Positions 1-7,240 of a stretch of 64,000 bases of DNA are shown piece after piece (position 1 is the first letter of the stretch; each line of letters begins with the position of its first letter). The stretch comes from Bdellovibrionales bacterium. GTDB taxonomy: Bacteria > Bdellovibrionota > FAC87 > UBA2466. The DNA lies in contig SXPJ01000019.1 in the NCBI GenBank assembly GCA_005776395.1, forward strand, positions 848 to 64,847, in the 5' to 3' direction. The translations under genes were made by a program, and so were the position numbers. Below the pieces are notes generated by a model. That model saw only the letters and a program-made list of their open reading frames with translations, was not told the origin of the DNA and ran no database searches.

Positions 1-79
1 GATAGTTCAGGTCACACCCAAAATTGCAATCAAAAACCAAAGAAAAAAAGACAATTCTCAAGGGGGTATTCATCTTGAA

Positions 80-529
80 ATGGAACTTAATAATCCCCTT
101 ATTTCATTCTCTAATTCGGTCATTTTTCCATTTCGCTACAAAGATTATAAATTAAGAGCCATTGGTATCAATGATTCTAAGCCCCTTTCTGCCGCCGAAA
201 GCTATAAAATGCACTGGTTAGTCTTTTTAGAAAGAGAACTTGCTGAAGACCGAGAAGAGGTTGCAAAGATCATACGAGCCATGAAACGAGAACTGCAAAA
301 GGAGTTCCCGGAACTTAAAACCGCCCCCCTTAGAGAAAAAATTGTTTTTCAACCTAAAGTTGAAACCCATAGCCCCTCTGAGGCTAAAAGTTTAGAACTG
401 TTTCCCGGGGTATTCTATGTGGGGCCCGAGATACAACTTACTGATACTTTAGTGAATTCCTCACCATGGGATATAACCCTTGAAAACTGCAAGCGAGTTG
501 AAAATATGCTAGCTCAAACAACAGCTTAA
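80..529 (+). CDS. hypothetical protein (149 aa)
   Basis: Intact ORF with a purine-rich stretch (AAGGGGG) about 13 nt upstream of the ATG. No recognisable motifs. Its TAA stop lies inside the left arm of repeat copy A. Confidence 0.4.
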   Translation: MELNNPLISFSNSVIFPFRYKDYKLRAIGINDSKPLSAAESYKMHWLVFLERELAEDREEVAKIIRAMKRELQKEFPELKTAPLREKIVFQPKVETHSPSEAKSLELFPGVFYVGPEIQLTDTLVNSSPWDITLENCKRVENMLAQTTA

Positions 530-531
530 AT

Positions 532-693
532 TAGCACTAACCAGTTAACCCAGTACCAGATTGCCGAGTTGATTTTGGGTAACAAAGTGAGATACGCCGA
601 CAACCGTGTACTATTGGTACTCGTAGGAGGCACAACAAATCTTTGTAACAAAAGCACCCGCACAGCGGGTGAGGGGTTAAGTGGTTAGTGCTA
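532..693. repeat. Copy A of a 161-162 bp repeat bounded by inverted repeats and predicted to be structured (MITE-like or ncRNA-like)
   Basis: Begins TAGCACTAACCAGTTAACCC and ends GGGGTTAAGTGGTTAGTGCTA, which form an inverted repeat. The core GCCGACAACCGTGTACT(A/C)TTGGTACTCGTAGGAGGC is shared with the copies at 46349-46509 and 52251-52411. All three copies have the same orientation. Confidence 0.85.
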
Positions 694-1041
694 ATTTAAG
701 CCATTTTGAGAATATCAACCAGAACAGCCTACTCATAGCCGTGATCAGTTGAGATGCCATCGGCTAATACGCCAATTTTGATTCAAACCAATAACGCACT
801 ACTCAAAAACCACAGTAGTACTCATTGTACTTCAAGGACTGCGAAGGAGGAGAACAAGAGGACAAAAAAATATGCCCAGTAGACAATGGCATCTTCAACT
901 GGCCCCTACTGTCAAATACTAACAGTAAATTCACCTTGTTGAGGGGTTGAATCCCTTTCAAGAACCAGGTATGTAGAAACTATACTCAGAGGACAACCAA
1001 TTCGGTTTGGCCTTGTGTAAGCTCATTTTTGAAAGGTTTAA

Positions 1042-1908
1042 ATGGGGGAACAAGTAAAATACGAATCAATTCCCAACTTGTTTAACTATTTTGATTATCG
1101 AGAATACCTGCAAGATTATTATCTTTTTCACAAAAAAAGAAACCCTGCCTACAGTTATCGATTGTTTGCTAGAAAAGCGAAATTAGGATCTCCAAACTAT
1201 TTAAAGTTAGTTGTCGACGGAAAAAGAAGAATTACAGACCGAACTTTATTCCAGTTTGCTCGAGGATTAAGCCTTACTAAGGATGAAGAAAAATATTTTA
1301 GAGAGCTGGTTATGTATCAAGAGGTCTCTGATCCAGACAGTAAAGAGATCCATTTGAGATCCCTTTTAAAGTACCAAGAAAAACAAAGAACCCCTGCACC
1401 GCTAAAAGCTGACAAGATCAAATTCCTTTTAGATTGGCACCACGGGGTAGTTAGAGAGTTAATTAATCTAAAAGATTTCACAGAAGATTCTAAATGGATT
1501 GCCAATCGCCTAGGAAATAAAATTACCGAAGCACAGGCTAAAGAAAGCTTAGAGTTACTTATTCGTTTGGGAATTCTGATCAGAAACAAGCAAGGAAGAC
1601 TTGAACAGCAAGAACCACTACTGACCAGTTCTGATGAAGTGCCTTCTCATGTTTTAAGAAGCTTACACAGAACCTACTTGAGAAAAGCCATCAATTCTAT
1701 TTTCTCTGTTCCAATGGAAAAGAGAGAACTGTCGGGACTTATTGTTTCAGTTCCTCATCATCGAATGAAAGAGCTAAAAGAGGAAATTAAAGAATTTAGA
1801 AAAAAACTTAATCGGAAATATGGCCTAGATAAAATGGCAGATGATGTCTATTACACGGGGCTCTATCTATTCCCATTAACTCAAGGAGCTAAAAAAAATG
1901 AAAACTAA
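1042..1908 (+). CDS. TIGR02147-family protein (Fibrobacter/Bdellovibrio paralogous family)
   Basis: The N-terminus YFDYREYLQDYYLFHKKRNPAYSYRLFARKAKLGSPNYLKLVVDGKRRIT...EEKYFRELV matches my memory of the TIGR02147 signature. Length is 288 aa. Confidence 0.6.
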   Translation: MGEQVKYESIPNLFNYFDYREYLQDYYLFHKKRNPAYSYRLFARKAKLGSPNYLKLVVDGKRRITDRTLFQFARGLSLTKDEEKYFRELVMYQEVSDPDSKEIHLRSLLKYQEKQRTPAPLKADKIKFLLDWHHGVVRELINLKDFTEDSKWIANRLGNKITEAQAKESLELLIRLGILIRNKQGRLEQQEPLLTSSDEVPSHVLRSLHRTYLRKAINSIFSVPMEKRELSGLIVSVPHHRMKELKEEIKEFRKKLNRKYGLDKMADDVYYTGLYLFPLTQGAKKNEN

Positions 1909-2425
1909 AACTAAAGTTTTGATTCAATTCTTTAGCTTGGCTTCTCTTTTGGTCCCTCCGCAAATCGCTCTCTCTGGATTCGAAATAGGTAACGGCAAAA
2001 AAACGATTAAAAACACCCCCGGTAATTACGAGTTAATTGTTCCCGAAAAACTAGAAGTGGGGTTCTCAAATAAATTCACAGAGCTCATTTCACCTTTATT
2101 TGAAGGAACCCCTAGAACCAGACTTCAAATTAATATTGTAAAAGATGAAAAGATTTCTAAATTCTCAGAGCTTGTTAACAGTGTCTCTCCCCTTGAAAAT
2201 TGGAACCAAATTAAATTGGCGGGCTTTGAGGGTATTAAAAGTGAAGTTCTATTACCTACTAAGCTACTTCAAATTGAGTATCGTTTGCTCCACAAAGAGG
2301 GTGAAATCATTATAATTCATATTGAGGGAGTTCCAACAAACTCACCCACATCAACGTTTAATAACCTTACGAAGGCCTTAGACAGCCTCAAGATTAAAAC
2401 TACTCAGAAGTTCATAGATAAGTAA
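1898..2425 (+). CDS. secreted hypothetical protein (175 aa)
   Basis: Overlaps the upstream gene by 11 nt, suggesting co-transcription. Has an N-terminal hydrophobic signal-like segment (VLIQFFSLASLLVPPQIALSG). Confidence 0.5.
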   Translation: MKTKTKVLIQFFSLASLLVPPQIALSGFEIGNGKKTIKNTPGNYELIVPEKLEVGFSNKFTELISPLFEGTPRTRLQINIVKDEKISKFSELVNSVSPLENWNQIKLAGFEGIKSEVLLPTKLLQIEYRLLHKEGEIIIIHIEGVPTNSPTSTFNNLTKALDSLKIKTTQKFIDK

Positions 2426-2473
2426 TTATAGGTGGGGATAATCCCTATCAGACTTATAGTTTGTAATTAGGTA

Positions 2474-2501
2474 GACGGGGAAAGTAGCAACTTTCCCCGT
2501 C
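2474..2501. terminator. Perfect 11-bp stem hairpin between convergent genes
   Basis: GACGGGGAAAG-tagcaa-CTTTCCCCGTC. There is no clear U-tract on either strand, so it could be a bidirectional terminator or a structural element. Confidence 0.45.
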
Positions 2502-2521
2502 CTTGCCCATACTGGGGACAT

Positions 2522-2560
2522 AAAAAAAGGCCCTACACTCTTAAAGAGCACAGGACCTTT
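2522..2560 (-). terminator. Rho-independent terminator of the rplI operon
   Basis: The minus strand reads AAAGGTCCTGTGCTC-tttaa-GAGTGTAGGGCCTTTTTTT. This is a stem (with G-U pairs) followed by a T7 run, about 25 nt after the rplI stop. Confidence 0.6.
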
Positions 2561-2584
2561 GTAAGCTTTTTAAATTCTAGAAAC

Positions 2585-3028
2585 CTACTCTTTTACAACC
2601 CACACTTTAGTATTTGCTACAACCTCTTCAAACACTCTAATTGGCACAGTATAAACTCCAAGTGCCTTGATGGGCTCAGTAAGTAAAATATCTCGTTTAT
2701 CAATAGTGAAACCTTCATGACTAAAGGCTTTTTCGATATCTTGAGTTGTTACAGAGCCAAATAACTTATCATTCTCTCCGACTTTTTTAGCGATAGAGCA
2801 AGAAATTTTCTCAAGCTTAGCTTTCACTGTTTCTGCTTCTTTAAGTCGCTTTGCACGTTTGTTTTCCATTAACCTTTTTTCATGCTCAAACTCTTTTAGG
2901 TTATTTCCAGTTGCTGGAATAGCCAGGTTTCTGGGAAGTAAATAGTTTCGTGCATATCCAGGGGCTACATTGACGATCGTACCAGCTGACCCGAGATTGC
3001 TCATATCCTCTCTTAAAATAACTTTCAT
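2585..3028 (-). CDS. rplI: 50S ribosomal protein L9
   Basis: MKVILREDMSNLGSAGTIVNVAPGYARNYLLPRNLA is the canonical L9 N-terminus. I start at the internal ATG at 3028 (147 aa) rather than the 188-aa ORF in the track. Confidence 0.9.
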   Translation of the reverse strand: MKVILREDMSNLGSAGTIVNVAPGYARNYLLPRNLAIPATGNNLKEFEHEKRLMENKRAKRLKEAETVKAKLEKISCSIAKKVGENDKLFGSVTTQDIEKAFSHEGFTIDKRDILLTEPIKALGVYTVPIRVFEEVVANTKVWVVKE

Positions 3029-3957
3029 GTTTGTTCCTCCAAATAATTGGGAAGGATCTGTGGTGAGATCCCTCGTCTTTTTCTTAAAATCCACGGACTC
3101 ATGATGCCCATACCCACCAAGGCATAAAAGCCCAACAAAACAGCCACACAATAAATGAAGGTTCGGACACTATGTCTGACCCCTCTTTGTGCGAGCAAAA
3201 TCGATAAGCAAATAGAGCCCTGAATGAATATAAAACCACTCAAAACTCTAAAAACTCCCCCTACCAAATACTGGTAGCGTGAAGTTACAACCAAAGTTAA
3301 TGCAAATGAAATAATGAAACAAAGGCTTAACCATCGCGGAACCCTGAATGCTTTAAGGGAAACTGCCGAATATGGGCTTTTCTCTTCTTTGACCCACCCA
3401 AAATGGGCTGCAGCTCCAACAGCTATCCAAATAGATAACAAGGAGGCCAATAAATAGAGAAAGGGGCCCTCATAAAGAATCAGATCTTTAATTACAGCTA
3501 TATTCATAGCCCCATCTAAAGCATGCGTAGCTTTAAGCTTTTCAATTAACTCTGCTACCCAACGCCCCCAGAAATCTTGGACTCTGATATTTTCTGTAAT
3601 AGATCCCCAAATTAAGCACCCAGCCGCCGCAACTAGAGCTACCGCTAAAGATTGGGAAAGTAACTGGAAAGGCTTAACCTCTTTCTGCAAACTATCTGCA
3701 ACAAAGAGGCTCAAAACAAATCCAATCACAACTTGAGCCAATGACACTTCTAAGAATAGAAGCGCTAAAATAGCTCCCCCCAATCCAGAAACCTTTGACC
3801 ATGGATTAGTAAATCGACAGTGGGACAAAACCATAGTCATGGGTGCAAACACCCATGTAGCTATGCCCACAGAAACCAAAAACATCTGTGAAATCAGGGC
3901 AAAAATGTCCACCGATTTCACTTCAACAGGGTCTTGTTTGTCGTTTACTACTCGCAT
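3025..3957 (-). CDS. polytopic membrane protein, DUF2232/YybS-like
   Basis: 310 aa with multiple hydrophobic helices. It sits between rpsR and rplI, as yybS does in Bacillus, and overlaps the rplI start by 4 nt. The family assignment rests on context and size only. Confidence 0.5.
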   Translation of the reverse strand: MRVVNDKQDPVEVKSVDIFALISQMFLVSVGIATWVFAPMTMVLSHCRFTNPWSKVSGLGGAILALLFLEVSLAQVVIGFVLSLFVADSLQKEVKPFQLLSQSLAVALVAAAGCLIWGSITENIRVQDFWGRWVAELIEKLKATHALDGAMNIAVIKDLILYEGPFLYLLASLLSIWIAVGAAAHFGWVKEEKSPYSAVSLKAFRVPRWLSLCFIISFALTLVVTSRYQYLVGGVFRVLSGFIFIQGSICLSILLAQRGVRHSVRTFIYCVAVLLGFYALVGMGIMSPWILRKRRGISPQILPNYLEEQT

Positions 3958-3964
3958 CTCAACT

Positions 3965-4288
3965 CTAGTTTTGTGCTGAAGTATAAAGAATAAACGCTAA
4001 GTGCCTAGAGCGTTTAATCGCTGTTGTTAATTCTCGTTGATGAGCTGCACATAGCCCAGAAATTCTTCGTGGCACAATTTTAGCTCTTTCAGTGATGAAT
4101 GAACTTAATGTAGGCTTATCTTTATAGTCGATAACAAAGCCAGGTTCTGTGCAAAAACGACAACCTTTTCGCTTTTGAAATCCCCGTCTTTCGCCACCAC
4201 GGTCACCAAAGTCTGATCGGTCTCCTCGATCTCCTCGATCTCCTCGATCGTATCCACGATCAGAATTTTTGTTTTCGAATCTTTTCAT
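3965..4288 (-). CDS. rpsR: 30S ribosomal protein S18 with an Arg/Asp/Gly-rich N-terminal extension
   Basis: The C-terminal part, CRFCTE...IDYKD...L..FITERAKIVPRRISGLCAAHQRELTTAIKRSRHLA, is a classic S18 core. A GGAGG RBS lies 6 nt upstream of the ATG. Confidence 0.9.
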   Translation of the reverse strand: MKRFENKNSDRGYDRGDRGDRGDRSDFGDRGGERRGFQKRKGCRFCTEPGFVIDYKDKPTLSSFITERAKIVPRRISGLCAAHQRELTTAIKRSRHLAFILYTSAQN

Positions 4289-4290
4289 TT

Positions 4291-4587
4291 TTATCCTCCA
4301 AAATTTTCTAAAATAACTTTAATTTCTTCGACTCTATTGCCAAATTTGCTGGTGTAAGCCCTGTGATATAACCGACCTTCAATGGTCACGTTCATTCCAA
4401 TTTTTAGTTTTCCTCTTAAGTCCTCTGCTAAGCTTTCAGAAACCACTACTTGGTAATATCCTATTGAAGATTTTGAGTAAGCTTCCTGTGCTACCGCTAA
4501 CATGAACTCTAATAAGGCTAAACCAGAGGGGCTATACTTCAGCTGTCCAACGCGACTAATCTTTCCTGCTAGGTGAACCTTGTTCAA
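4291..4587 (-). CDS. priB: PriB-like / tail-less SSB-fold protein (98 aa)
   Basis: Located between rpsF and rpsR. NKVHLAGKISRVGQLKYSPSGLALLEFMLAV...VVVSESLAEDL..LKIGMNVTIEGRL parallels E. coli PriB (NRLVLSGTVCR..LRKVSPSGIPHCQFVLEH...VIVSGHENQAI...ITVGSRITVQGFI). It has no acidic C-terminal SSB tip. The start codon is TTG. Confidence 0.6.
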   Translation of the reverse strand: MNKVHLAGKISRVGQLKYSPSGLALLEFMLAVAQEAYSKSSIGYYQVVVSESLAEDLRGKLKIGMNVTIEGRLYHRAYTSKFGNRVEEIKVILENFGG

Positions 4588-4626
4588 TTTAACCTACGTA
4601 AAGAATAGTTATCATTGAAAAACAGC

Positions 4627-5031
4627 TTATTGCATTCTCTCTCGTTTTTTCTGCTCTTTAAACTCACGGTTTTTCCTTTGTTCCTCTTCTGCCATCGCAA
4701 TTTGTTGTTTTACTTTGGCAAAATCATACTCAGGACCCTGAGCCACCGTCAGAAAACGAATGACATCATCAGAGATTCTAAAATGACGTTCGATCTCTTC
4801 AACAACTCCAGCTTTACCTGTGTAAACAATAGTTGAATAACGGCCAGAACGTTCATCTTTAATCTCGTAAGCCATTTCTTTAATTCCAGAATCTTCTCGG
4901 TGTTTCAGAGCACCTTGAAACTTAGAAATAACTGCATCAATTTTTTGATGAATATTTTGAGCATCAGCATCCACAAGGCCAGGTCTCAAAATATAGACGG
5001 TTTCATAGGTATAAGAACTAGGATATGACAT
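4627..5031 (-). CDS. rpsF: 30S ribosomal protein S6
   Basis: YETVYILRPGL....I..KI..VI....G.....D.G.KEMAYEI is the S6 signature. I chose the internal ATG at 5031, preceded by GAGGAG 5 nt upstream, giving 134 aa. Confidence 0.9.
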   Translation of the reverse strand: MSYPSSYTYETVYILRPGLVDADAQNIHQKIDAVISKFQGALKHREDSGIKEMAYEIKDERSGRYSTIVYTGKAGVVEEIERHFRISDDVIRFLTVAQGPEYDFAKVKQQIAMAEEEQRKNREFKEQKKRERMQ

Positions 5032-5136
5032 TTTACTCCTCTCGGTCAGTGGCTCACAATGAACCCCAGGCCCCAAAGACAACTTTAGAGCAAGGATGAC
5101 ACAACTGGGCTAAGAAGTATCAGGGTTGGAAAGGGT

Positions 5137-5913
5137 TTACAACTCAAAATCCAGAAAAGACGGACTTTCAGGCGTGTGCAGGGGCTCGCCAAGAATTTTG
5201 GAACTCGGATGGCTTAAACACCTATTGATAGCCGATGTTAAGCGTTCCCAAGGGCAAATTACATCCCTAAATTGACTTAAATTAACCTCAAAAAATGCAG
5301 CTTGAGTCCCAAAAAACTGCCTTAAGTCAGCCGAACTAAGCTGTTTTTGCTCAAACTTTTCTACAAGATTGTGCAAGGAAGAGAGGGTTCCGACTCGTAT
5401 CAATTTTTTCCGAACAAAATGGAATAATAAGGGAAAAGAGGTCTCAAATCCCCGGATCCACAGAACACTTAATTCAAAATTAGCCAATTGGCTTCCGAGC
5501 TGATTTGCAACGGCTCGGAGATCATGAACCCCTTTTAAAAATTCCGGTGGAGAAAACCTGATATTACGATTCTGGGTGTCTTCTCTAAAAAAGAATGAGT
5601 ACGGGTACGGAATTATTTGGTCAAAAAGACAAAATCTGGAATGGCCGATCTCAACATCCTCCACCAAACTGGAATGGCTAACCCAAATCTTGGCTAATTG
5701 GGTTTCTAAATGGGATTGCGATGAATCGGGAAATAAGGGGTCCAGGATCTGAGTCTTAGCTCCCTCCTCATCCCAATTTTGAATTAAAACTTTCTGTTGC
5801 AACACCTCTTCAACTAATTGGAAAGAGGCCTTATCTAATCCCAAAAGCTGCAAAAGAACGAGCTTATCCCTCTCCTCTAAAATAGGGGTGAAATATTTTG
5901 AAAGCTTAGCCAC
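5137..5913 (-). CDS. hypothetical protein (258 aa)
   Basis: Intact ORF that overlaps the upstream gene by 8 nt, suggesting an operon. No motifs recognised. Confidence 0.4.
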   Translation of the reverse strand: MAKLSKYFTPILEERDKLVLLQLLGLDKASFQLVEEVLQQKVLIQNWDEEGAKTQILDPLFPDSSQSHLETQLAKIWVSHSSLVEDVEIGHSRFCLFDQIIPYPYSFFFREDTQNRNIRFSPPEFLKGVHDLRAVANQLGSQLANFELSVLWIRGFETSFPLLFHFVRKKLIRVGTLSSLHNLVEKFEQKQLSSADLRQFFGTQAAFFEVNLSQFRDVICPWERLTSAINRCLSHPSSKILGEPLHTPESPSFLDFEL

Positions 5914-7219
5914 GGGACAGCTCCTCAGAAATCACACTAAAATCTCTCAACCAGCACTTAATATTAGAGGGAGAAAAAGAGGCTGAAATTTGAGAGGGAT
6001 AAAAAATTTGTCCTTTGGCTTTCTGAATATTAAACCATTCAATTTCACCCATACGTACTGTTTTTCTACTTCCCCCAAGAACCCACTCATGGCTGTCTAA
6101 ATTTTCATCATATTGAGGAAGTCCCAAGGGAAAAAACAAAAAGCCTCCGGTTTCTAACTGCTGCTGTAAACTTTTTGCGGCTTTCGAAGAAATATATTTC
6201 CCACAGATAATCACCATTACGGAATGACTTAAAACTGGATCCGCTTCAAGTAAGGGCATCGAAATAAAATCTAAAGATGTATTTCTGAGGCTTTCAGCTA
6301 GCATTTGAGCCCATTGGAAGGCTACTACAGTCGAACCACTTAACTGGCCCTGTACCATCAAAGGACTAATCAAATCCGAGCTCTCGAACTGAATCAAGGT
6401 CCGTTCAAAACAAACAAGGGCCTTTTTAGACTTGGGCGCCTTCTCTAAAGATGAATTTTTAAACGGTTTTATCATTTTCTTCAATGGATCAGATATTCTT
6501 GAATTCAAAATTTCATTTCGATATTCATTAACCAGCTTCGCTCTTGCCCATTGATAGTCGTAAGCAAATAGCCACGGTCTTTTACTTTCAATTAGCTTAG
6601 CTCCAGCAGAAGTAGTGACAGAACTGAGACACTTATAATGAGTTTGAAAGCGTTTATTGAAAACTGAAATATCTGGATACCTCTCTTCAAGATATTTGAA
6701 GTAATTCAAATCCTCATACATGGATTGCGATAACTCTAACGGTTGTAACGCCAGTTCAATCTCTCTAATGGGGCCACCCGGGGATAAATATAGTGAGATA
6801 ATAGAACTCACCTCTTCAAAGAAGGAAATAAAACCCTCTTTCACTTTCTGAGCCCTAGGTGATGGAACTTTTAGCAATGAAAAATAGGGCGGAGTTCCAT
6901 CCCATAAAATCTTAGGTACCCATTCACTATGAGATTCATTCATTACCCAGGTGGGAAAAGCTTGAGAATGAGAGGGGAACCCTAAAATCAATCTAACCGA
7001 GACTCCAAGACTTTGAGCTAAAGTTAAAAACCGTTCTATCCTTAATTTGCTCTGCTTTGAAAAATCTCTAATACCTGGGAAGGATTCATGAACTCCCCAT
7101 AAAATGGGAACAGTAATCTGAGCCACTCCTTGGTCAACACGTTCTTGAATTAACTTCTGCCAGTCGTGTGGAGCCTCATCCCAGTACTCAAAATAAGATG
7201 TTCGCAAGGTGTGCGGCAT
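5906..7219 (-). CDS. hypothetical protein with distant GH42-like (beta-galactosidase-type TIM barrel) features
   Basis: The N-terminus YFEYWDE...W...I......G...ITVPILWGVHES.PG..DFS.....IERFLTLAQSLGV.V.LILGFPSH.Q.FP.WV, followed later by YLEERYPDISVFNKRF, resembles the GH42 layout. I did not identify the catalytic NE motif. Confidence 0.35.
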   Translation of the reverse strand: MPHTLRTSYFEYWDEAPHDWQKLIQERVDQGVAQITVPILWGVHESFPGIRDFSKQSKLRIERFLTLAQSLGVSVRLILGFPSHSQAFPTWVMNESHSEWVPKILWDGTPPYFSLLKVPSPRAQKVKEGFISFFEEVSSIISLYLSPGGPIREIELALQPLELSQSMYEDLNYFKYLEERYPDISVFNKRFQTHYKCLSSVTTSAGAKLIESKRPWLFAYDYQWARAKLVNEYRNEILNSRISDPLKKMIKPFKNSSLEKAPKSKKALVCFERTLIQFESSDLISPLMVQGQLSGSTVVAFQWAQMLAESLRNTSLDFISMPLLEADPVLSHSVMVIICGKYISSKAAKSLQQQLETGGFLFFPLGLPQYDENLDSHEWVLGGSRKTVRMGEIEWFNIQKAKGQIFYPSQISASFSPSNIKCWLRDFSVISEELSRG

Positions 7220-7240
7220 TAGTTCTTATAAGTAAATTAT

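Noticed and set aside
532-693. The three-copy repeat interpreted as a CRISPR array, a c-di-GMP (GEMM-I) riboswitch or a group II intron fragment.
   Set aside because: The copies are 6-46 kb apart and 161 bp long, so they are not a CRISPR array. The GEMM-I hallmarks (GGCAAA..., GACGCAAAGCC, tetraloop and receptor) are absent despite a superficial GCAAAGC. There is no domain V-like sequence and no RT nearby.
872-922. 16-codon mini-ORF (MPSRQWHLQLAPTVKY) with a GAGGA about 9 nt upstream.
   Set aside because: It is too short to evaluate from sequence alone, and conservation cannot be assessed. I mention it only as something to look at if the spacer turns out to be transcribed.
2585-3151. 188-aa version of the L9 ORF starting MCGCFVGLL...
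   Set aside because: The canonical L9 N-terminus (MKVILRED...) begins at the internal ATG at 3028. The upstream extension overlaps the 3' end of the DUF2232-like gene in another frame.
5032-5136. Possible S6:S18-binding autoregulatory leader upstream of rpsF.
   Set aside because: The position is right and GC-rich hairpin potential exists (GGGGCCTGGGG...). I cannot verify the described rpsF-leader consensus from memory, so a covariance-model search is needed.
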